This document shows positions 57,808 through 64,000 of a stretch of 64,000 nucleotides of DNA, piece by piece. The position numbers were made by a program, and so were the translations under genes. Numbering within the stretch: the first letter of the stretch is position 1; each line of letters starts with the position of its first letter. The DNA comes from Bacteroidales bacterium (GTDB lineage Bacteria > Bacteroidota > Bacteroidia > Bacteroidales > UBA12077): assembly GCA_028282585.1 (NCBI GenBank), contig JANQHR010000117.1, positions 10,277 through 74,276 of the forward strand, read 5' to 3'. The notes beneath the pieces were generated by a model that did no database searches, was not told the origin of the DNA, and was given only the letters and a program-made list of their open reading frames with translations.

Positions 57808-59805
57808 TTAATTTTTACATGATTTTGGAAAAGAGAACCAAAACGTACTTCCTTTATTTTTTTCGCTTTCAACTCGTATAGTCCCTCCGTGTTTTTCAAC
57901 AAAGTCTTTACATAATATTAATCCAAGCCCTGTGCCCACTTCACTATTTGTGCCTTCAGTTGTTATATGCTCATCTAACTTAAATAATTTATCTATATTT
58001 TCTTTTGGTATTCCAACACCATTATCCTTTACGTAAAATTCAATGAAACTACCTGTTGTTTTTTTGCAACCTATGGATACTTGCCCTCCCTCATCGGTAT
58101 ATTTTAAGGCATTTGACACCAAGTTTCTAATAACCGTATTAAACATATCTTTATCAACACATACTTGTTGTTCAGCATTATCCCTTTTTGTTAAAAGGTT
58201 AATGTTTTTGGCTAGTGCCAAATGCTCCATCTCACTTATAACATCCATAATTAGTTGCTTACAAATGTGCGCCTGTGGTTTAAATATTAAATTATCTCGT
58301 TGACTTTTTGCCCATAATAAAAGATTTTCCAAAAGATTAAATGTCTTTTTGGAAGCAGTACTCATTAAGCTAACTATATGAGATAACTTATCTCTATCAT
58401 ACTGTAAATGATATCTTTCTAAAAGATCGGAAAAACCTACCAGATTATTTATTGGTCCTCTTAAGTCATGCGCGATAATTGAAAAAAACTTATCTTTAGT
58501 TGCATTTAACTTTTGCAAAAGATTGTTCTTTTCTTTTAAATCCAATTCATTCTTTTTACGCTGTGTAATATCTCTTATTATTCCAACCGAATGCCAGGTA
58601 TTATTTAATTTTAATGCAGCTAATGAAAGTTCAACTGGAAATTCAGATCCATTTCTTTTTCTTGCCATAAGTTCTCTAACTCGGTTAATTGCATCACCTT
58701 TTCCCGATTTTACAAATGTTTTAAATGCATTTTCGTAACTCTCCATATATATTTCCGGAGTTATAAATTGATATAGATTTTTCCCTAAAACCTCATTTTC
58801 TTTATAATTAAATATATTTTCTGCAGCTTTATTCCAGAATTTTACATTGCCCTTTTCATTCATTAAAATAATGGCATCTTGAGCAGAATTGGTTATGGTT
58901 CTGAATTTTTCTTCATTTTCTATAAGTTCTTTTTCTATTTTCTTTTGCTGAGTTATGTTTCTAAATATGCCAAAAGAACTTAAGTATTTACCATCTTTGT
59001 CCAGTTCAGGAACAACGGTAACATTTATAACCTTTTCCTTTTTATCGGGTAAATATATTTCCAACTCATAATTTGATTTTGCTCCCTTTTTTCTTTTCGA
59101 TGTTTCTTTTCGAACCCTTTCTTTTTCTTTCTTGGAAAGAAAATCCAAAATGGATTTACCAACAAGTTGACCTTTTTTAACGCCAAATATTTTATCGGCA
59201 GCCGGGTTCGAAAAAGTAAAAATTTCATTTTCATCAGAAATGGCAATTCCTTCACCTTGTATTTCTACTAATTTTCTGTATTTTTCTTCACTTTCGGAAA
59301 GTTTAGATAAAGCCTCTTCCTGATCTGTTATGTCAACAAAAGAACAATAAGTACACTTAAATTCACCATCCGGTTTATAAATGATACAACCTTTAAATGA
59401 AACCAATGCATAGTCTCCATTTTTTTTGAGTATATGAAATCTAACACCTTCTACAGTTCCTTCTTTTTTAAATTGTTCAAAACGTTCTTTAAATATTTCA
59501 ACATAATCAGATCGAAGAAAGTCTCCAAACCAATTACCTATAACTTCACTTTTGTTATATCCCAATATTTTAAGCCATGTAGAATTTGTTTCGAGGATAT
59601 TACCATCTATGTCAAGCGATTGATAGGCTAGATTGGTATTATTATATAGAACTTCATATTTTTTGAAAAGTTCTAAACTTTCTTGTTCGAAATTACCTGT
59701 TATTTTATTTACGTCTTCTAATAGGTTTTCTGACAACTCAATTTTATGTTTTTTGAGTATAGTAAAAAGTTGTTTTTGAAAACTTGACCTTTTCATATTA
59801 TTCAA
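57808..59805 (-). CDS. Cytoplasmic sensor histidine kinase with three PAS domains
   Basis: IIAHDLRGP, NLVSNALKY, DNGVG, GTGLGL. Confidence 0.92.
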   Translation of the reverse strand: MNNMKRSSFQKQLFTILKKHKIELSENLLEDVNKITGNFEQESLELFKKYEVLYNNTNLAYQSLDIDGNILETNSTWLKILGYNKSEVIGNWFGDFLRSDYVEIFKERFEQFKKEGTVEGVRFHILKKNGDYALVSFKGCIIYKPDGEFKCTYCSFVDITDQEEALSKLSESEEKYRKLVEIQGEGIAISDENEIFTFSNPAADKIFGVKKGQLVGKSILDFLSKKEKERVRKETSKRKKGAKSNYELEIYLPDKKEKVINVTVVPELDKDGKYLSSFGIFRNITQQKKIEKELIENEEKFRTITNSAQDAIILMNEKGNVKFWNKAAENIFNYKENEVLGKNLYQFITPEIYMESYENAFKTFVKSGKGDAINRVRELMARKRNGSEFPVELSLAALKLNNTWHSVGIIRDITQRKKNELDLKEKNNLLQKLNATKDKFFSIIAHDLRGPINNLVGFSDLLERYHLQYDRDKLSHIVSLMSTASKKTFNLLENLLLWAKSQRDNLIFKPQAHICKQLIMDVISEMEHLALAKNINLLTKRDNAEQQVCVDKDMFNTVIRNLVSNALKYTDEGGQVSIGCKKTTGSFIEFYVKDNGVGIPKENIDKLFKLDEHITTEGTNSEVGTGLGLILCKDFVEKHGGTIRVESEKNKGSTFWFSFPKSCKN

Positions 59806-60047
59806 TTAAATAAAAACAAGTTACAACAAAATTTAGCTTAAAAAATAGGTGTTTATACTTGGTTATTGGAAAATTTAATCGAAAAGAAATATAATAAATT
59901 AATTAGTTAAAAATAAAAAGAAGTATCAGAAATATTATTTAATGTTTATTTTATTACCATTCTCGTGTGAAGAATATGAAATATTAGATAAGGCAACTGT
60001 AAAAATACAGATTAACTAATCTTATTACTTTTAATGTGTTTAGATAC

Positions 60048-60389
60048 TTAATTAATAACTAAAATTTCATCGATCAGGTTACCTTCCTCATTGAAAATAT
60101 TCGAATAGGTACCCAGTTCAAAATTCGTATTTTTAATAAAAATATCTAAAATAATTTCAATGGATAATCCGGGAGTGTTTAAACTCTCTATATATACTAC
60201 CACGTTATCCAGTTTTATTCTAAGATCATCCGGATAAGTATTCTGAGGAAATTCTTTTTTTAGTTCAGGTTTTCCTTTATTCGAGAAGGTTTCGTGTAAT
60301 AAACATTGCAGGCTTAAAATGGTTTCATCAATAAGTTCGGTTTTACTTTTTTGAGCAAAGATCAAATTTTCCAAAGTGGTTGTTTTCAT
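60048..60389 (-). CDS. Hypothetical protein
   Basis: 113 aa ORF; no motif recognised. Confidence 0.5.
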   Translation of the reverse strand: MKTTTLENLIFAQKSKTELIDETILSLQCLLHETFSNKGKPELKKEFPQNTYPDDLRIKLDNVVVYIESLNTPGLSIEIILDIFIKNTNFELGTYSNIFNEEGNLIDEILVIN

Positions 60390-60497
60390 AATGTAAGAAT
60401 TTAAAGAGCCTAAAGAACTTTAGCAGAAATATGAAGAAAGAGAATTTAAACGGTTACCTCTTATATACGAAAAAAGTAAAACTTTATTATAATAAAT

Positions 60498-60525
60498 AAA
60501 AAAACCTGCTAAAATAGCAGGTTTT
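60498..60525 (-). terminator. Intrinsic terminator after the AOR gene
   Basis: AAAACCTGCTA-AAA-TAGCAGGTTTT perfect stem with T-run on the minus strand. Confidence 0.8.
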
Positions 60526-60544
60526 CACCTAGTTAATAAAACTA

Positions 60545-62299
60545 CTAATTAATTAGACTTTGAGCGTAATCTAATCCAGTTTTTATAAAGTCTTTTGTAA
60601 TTTTTCCAGTTGGATCTGCTGTTTCATAAATTCGTTCGGGAACTTCTAATTTGTCAATCCTAAACCCTTCGCGCATTTTGAATTTATACTTATTTAAGTG
60701 AATTTGTCGTCCTATTTCATGTAATTCCTTTTCATCCAGATCAAATCCTAACAATTTAATCGCATCACTTACTAATTTCAAGTTATAAATTCCTCGAGCA
60801 AAGAAACAAACTGCTATACTTGAAAGAATTTGACGAATTGCTTCTTCATCCAGTAGTTTATCTACAACATTTTGCGGTGTTAATTCGGTTTTAACCAATT
60901 CTTTTTGGTCGATTGAATAACCTCCATTATCAAGATGACTATGTCGGGCACCCAATAAAAATCCCAAATAACCGGCTGGTCCCGTATGATATCCTGCCAT
61001 TTCGTTCTTGCCAAAACTCATTGCAAATTCTTTTCCACCATAAATGGATGACGCATAACTAACGCCTCTTGCACAAGCCTTAAGGAAATCAGTATTTGGT
61101 TTTGCAATATTTTTGACCAACTTAATATAAGCATCTTCATTTCCCCAGTCTACCGGAATATTATTTACATCTTCTTGCTTAATCATGTTCTTTTCACGCA
61201 TCTCTGTAATCCATGATAATACAACTCCCATACTCATAGCATCAAAACCAACTTGCTCAACAACATCGATCAATTTTAGTAATGCTTTGGCTTTTTTGAT
61301 TCCAACCATCGTTCCTAATGAGTATATTAACTCAAAATCGTAACAAACCGGCGTTGTTTTATAAAAGTAAGGATCATCATCGTATGGTTCTCTTAAATAT
61401 GCAAGGTGTATACAAGCAACAGGGCAATGTGCGCAACCTATTCTTCTGGCTAAGTGGTTTTTAGCTATTTCTTCGCCAGTAACCTGTTCAATTTCATCTG
61501 AAGAACTCATCTGAAGGTTTTTTACTGGTAAGGCTTTTATTGAATTTAAAGATTTAATATTGATTGCAGTACCTACATCATGATATTTTTTCATTACAGG
61601 CGATTCTGTCGCCGTTTTATAAATTTCATCGTATAAGCCTCTATATGCTTTTTTATTAGTTACTTCAATTTCTTGTTTTCCTGAAATAACAATACCTTTT
61701 AACATTTTACTTCCGAAAATTGCACCTAGTCCCATTCTTCCAAAATGGCGATACGTTTCTGTGGTTACATTTGCAAAAGTTGACATATTTTCACCTGCGA
61801 GTCCAATCCTAAATATTGCACGTAACCCTTCTCCACCTTCTGTTTGACGCATTACCCGCGCTGCTATGGAACCGTCCTTCATACCCCATAACGTAGTGGC
61901 ATTTTTAAATTCTACTTTCCCTTTAGTAATTGTAAGATATACAGGTATTTCACTCTTTCCTTTTATAACAATGGCACCATAACCTGCCATTCTTATCGCA
62001 ATAGCACTTCTTCCTCCAGCGTGACTTTCTCCTAAATCGCCTGTTAGCGGCGATTTAAACATGGCACAAGTTTTTGAAGCTAATGGAAAAGCTCCGGTCA
62101 AAGGACCTACAGCAAAAATTATAGGAGACTCTTGATCAAAAGCGTCGATACCTTCAGGACATTCTTCTAGTAATAATTGCGTAGCTACTCCGGTTCCACC
62201 TAAATATTTTTCAAAAAGCTCTCTTCGGTATTTAACTTCGAATTTTTTCTTTGTTAGGTCGATATATAAAATTTTAGATAATGTATCATTCGGCATCAT
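60545..62299 (-). CDS. Tungsten-dependent aldehyde:ferredoxin oxidoreductase (AOR/WOR) family
   Basis: YLGGTG, KSPLTG..GESHAGG, GRMGLGAIFGSKMLK, CAHCPVAC, GFDAMS. Start taken at ATG 62299 after AAGGAG. Confidence 0.9.
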   Translation of the reverse strand: MMPNDTLSKILYIDLTKKKFEVKYRRELFEKYLGGTGVATQLLLEECPEGIDAFDQESPIIFAVGPLTGAFPLASKTCAMFKSPLTGDLGESHAGGRSAIAIRMAGYGAIVIKGKSEIPVYLTITKGKVEFKNATTLWGMKDGSIAARVMRQTEGGEGLRAIFRIGLAGENMSTFANVTTETYRHFGRMGLGAIFGSKMLKGIVISGKQEIEVTNKKAYRGLYDEIYKTATESPVMKKYHDVGTAINIKSLNSIKALPVKNLQMSSSDEIEQVTGEEIAKNHLARRIGCAHCPVACIHLAYLREPYDDDPYFYKTTPVCYDFELIYSLGTMVGIKKAKALLKLIDVVEQVGFDAMSMGVVLSWITEMREKNMIKQEDVNNIPVDWGNEDAYIKLVKNIAKPNTDFLKACARGVSYASSIYGGKEFAMSFGKNEMAGYHTGPAGYLGFLLGARHSHLDNGGYSIDQKELVKTELTPQNVVDKLLDEEAIRQILSSIAVCFFARGIYNLKLVSDAIKLLGFDLDEKELHEIGRQIHLNKYKFKMREGFRIDKLEVPERIYETADPTGKITKDFIKTGLDYAQSLIN

Positions 62300-62708
62300 G
62301 ACTAACTCCTTTCTTATCTTTTTGAAGTTCAAGTACCTCATAAGGGCAATAATTTGCACAAATTCCGCATTGAATACATATTACAGGTTTGTTATCCTTT
62401 TCATTCCAAAATACTGCATCAATAATGCAGGCATCTTTGCACAATCCACAACCTATACATTTTGAAGATTTCAACCGAACACCACCTCCGTCTTTAGGGA
62501 CAAGCGCTCCTGTTGGGCAAACCGTTGAACAAGGAGGGTTTTCGCATGAACGACAAACAATAACATTATATCCTTTTGAAATTCCACCAGCTGATTTTAC
62601 CCCAATACAAGTATTTGATAAACCTGCATTTCCACTTCTTCTTGAGCAGGCAAACATACAGCTTTGACAACCTACACATCGCATTGAATCTCTAACCGCA
62701 AGTTTCAT
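62286..62708 (-). CDS. 4Fe-4S dicluster electron-transfer subunit of the AOR
   Basis: CVGCQSCMFAC, CRSCENPPC..CP, CIGCGLC..C, CIQCGIC..CP. Start taken at ATG 62708. Confidence 0.9.
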   Translation of the reverse strand: MKLAVRDSMRCVGCQSCMFACSRRSGNAGLSNTCIGVKSAGGISKGYNVIVCRSCENPPCSTVCPTGALVPKDGGGVRLKSSKCIGCGLCKDACIIDAVFWNEKDNKPVICIQCGICANYCPYEVLELQKDKKGVSHDAE

Positions 62709-62812
62709 AAATGATTGTTTTTTGATTTTTCGAAGTACTAAATAATATATAAATTTCCAATAAATCTTAATAATAATCAAGGTTTTGAGATTAAATAGAG
62801 GTTAAAAAAAAG

Positions 62813-62824
62813 TGATTAAAATCA
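62813..62824. promoter_or_regulatory. Crp/Fnr-like palindrome upstream of the Fd-AOR operon
   Basis: TGAT-TAAA-ATCA; short and in AT-rich DNA, so could be chance. Confidence 0.3.
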
Positions 62825-62931
62825 TTAATGATTTCTAAAAGGGCATTTAAAACGTTTGCGAAAAACATCATTTGATCTAATTTTTTTATTAAAATCTTAT
62901 TATTAATTTTATCTTAAGAAAAATAAACGCA

Positions 62932-63606
62932 ATGGCACTTCAGCTTTTTGAAAAATTTATATTAATTGCATTAGATCAAAAGAAAGGAAGGTTTTTAATA
63001 GATTCATTTTCATTAAATTATGGATTAGCAGGAGCAATCTTATTGGAGCTGTCAGATCGAAATAAAATTGTAATTAAGAATAAAAGAATTACAATAGTCG
63101 ATAATAAACTTACTAAAAATCCAATTATTGATGCTAGTTTAAAGTTAATTAATAAAACAAAAAAGGATAAAAAACCAAGATATTGGATCTATAAATTGGG
63201 TAATAAATCTTCAGGATTTAAGCGGATTATTTTAAAAGACCTAAATGAAAAAAAGATTTTGAGAAAAGAAACTAAAAATTATTTGGGCAAATTAATAAAA
63301 ATAAGGAGATATCCGGTGGTTAATCCAAAAGAGGTTAATGAAATTAAATCAAAATTAAAAAAAGTAGTTCTTGAAAAAGAAAAACCGGACATTGATGTTA
63401 TACTGATACTTAGTTTAATGGCAAGCTGTAAACTAACCAGAATTTTATTTGCAACAAAAAAAGACCATAGAGAAGCCAAAAAGAAAATTAGAGAATTAAC
63501 CAAAGATATTGAGATTAGTGAAGCAGTTAGTCAAACTCTAAAAGAAATTCAGGCCGCAATTATTGTTGCAACTACCTCTACATTTGTTTCTTCATCTTCA
63601 AGCTAA
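62932..63606 (+). CDS. GOLPH3/GPP34 family protein
   Basis: EKFILIALD, GLAGAILLEL, RRYP, C-terminal AAIIVAT. Confidence 0.75.
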   Translation: MALQLFEKFILIALDQKKGRFLIDSFSLNYGLAGAILLELSDRNKIVIKNKRITIVDNKLTKNPIIDASLKLINKTKKDKKPRYWIYKLGNKSSGFKRIILKDLNEKKILRKETKNYLGKLIKIRRYPVVNPKEVNEIKSKLKKVVLEKEKPDIDVILILSLMASCKLTRILFATKKDHREAKKKIRELTKDIEISEAVSQTLKEIQAAIIVATTSTFVSSSSS

Positions 63607-63610
63607 ATCG

Positions 63611-63924
63611 ATGAAAGCATTGATTTTAGAAAGAATACATGACCTTAAAAAGGAAACAAAACCTTTAAAATTGGTTGAACTTTCTATTCCAGAACCAAAC
63701 GAAGATGAGGTTTTAATCAAAGTTTCTACTGTGGAGTTTGCCACACTGAATTAGATGAAATTGAAGGTAGAACTCCGCCTTCAAAATTCCCGATTGTATT
63801 AGGACACCAGGTTGTAGGTGAAATAACTAAGTTAGGTAAAAAAGTTAAGTTTAATAAAGTGGGAAATAGGGTAGGTGTTGCAGGGATTTTTTACGCTTGT
63901 GGAGGCAATTTCAGAAGTAAGTAA
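63611..63924 (+). pseudogene. Zn-dependent alcohol dehydrogenase, frameshifted and truncated
   Basis: MKALILE..EVLIKVS, one base missing near 63730, then CGVCHTELDEIEG..LGHQVVG..RVGVAGIFYACGGNFRSK*; stops before the structural Zn cysteines. Confidence 0.85.
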
Positions 63925-63940
63925 ACTATAAAAATTGAGA

Positions 63941-63972
63941 AGCTGTAGATTAAGTTTTACAGCTACTTTTTT
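63941..63972 (+). terminator. Probable intrinsic terminator
   Basis: AGCTGTA-loop-TACAGCT followed by T-run. Confidence 0.55.
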
Positions 63973-64000
63973 ATAAAAATCTTTTGGATTTATACTTTAT

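Noticed and set aside
641-62667. Many 60-136 aa ORFs antisense to or nested in long genes (e.g. 6807-7166, 21687-22058, 45720-46130)
   Set aside because: Shadow ORFs of well-supported genes, with no motifs.

Overview
AT-rich bacterial DNA, most consistent with an anaerobic Bacteroidota (Bacteroidales-like) organism: TAnnTTTG-type promoter boxes, a TonB receptor with an HYC_CC_PP gene, and Gln-start secreted proteins. The main feature is a ~25 kb, 18-gene minus-strand operon (1310-26037) of unknown function. It encodes nine PQQ-like/BamB-like beta-propellers, an NHL propeller, two Tat-signal Cys/Fe-S proteins, a NapH-like membrane polyferredoxin, a fused NuoE-NuoF (HydC-HydB-like) flavoprotein with electron-bifurcation signatures, a GltD/StnC-like partner missing its NADP-binding subdomain, a CxxC-bearing GT4 glycosyltransferase and a MacB/LolCDE-type ABC transporter. 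No hydrogenase or formate dehydrogenase catalytic subunit is present. This is my best candidate for an undescribed system. The rest holds anaerobic ergothioneine synthesis (eanB-egtD/eanA), argR-carAB with tandem ARG boxes, a metal/arsenic block (HYC_CC_PP, HMA protein, TonB receptor, arsR, arsM), 5-oxoprolinase pxpABC plus an orphan pxpA, two-component genes, hemerythrin, a tungsten AOR-family oxidoreductase and a broken Zn-ADH. Small non-coding items include an internally deleted GxxExxY gene, a MITE-like element, LytTR-type direct repeats and a probable gene-conversion tract. I saw no rRNA, tRNA, CRISPR array or intact transposase. All calls come from reading motifs by eye; no database searches were run.
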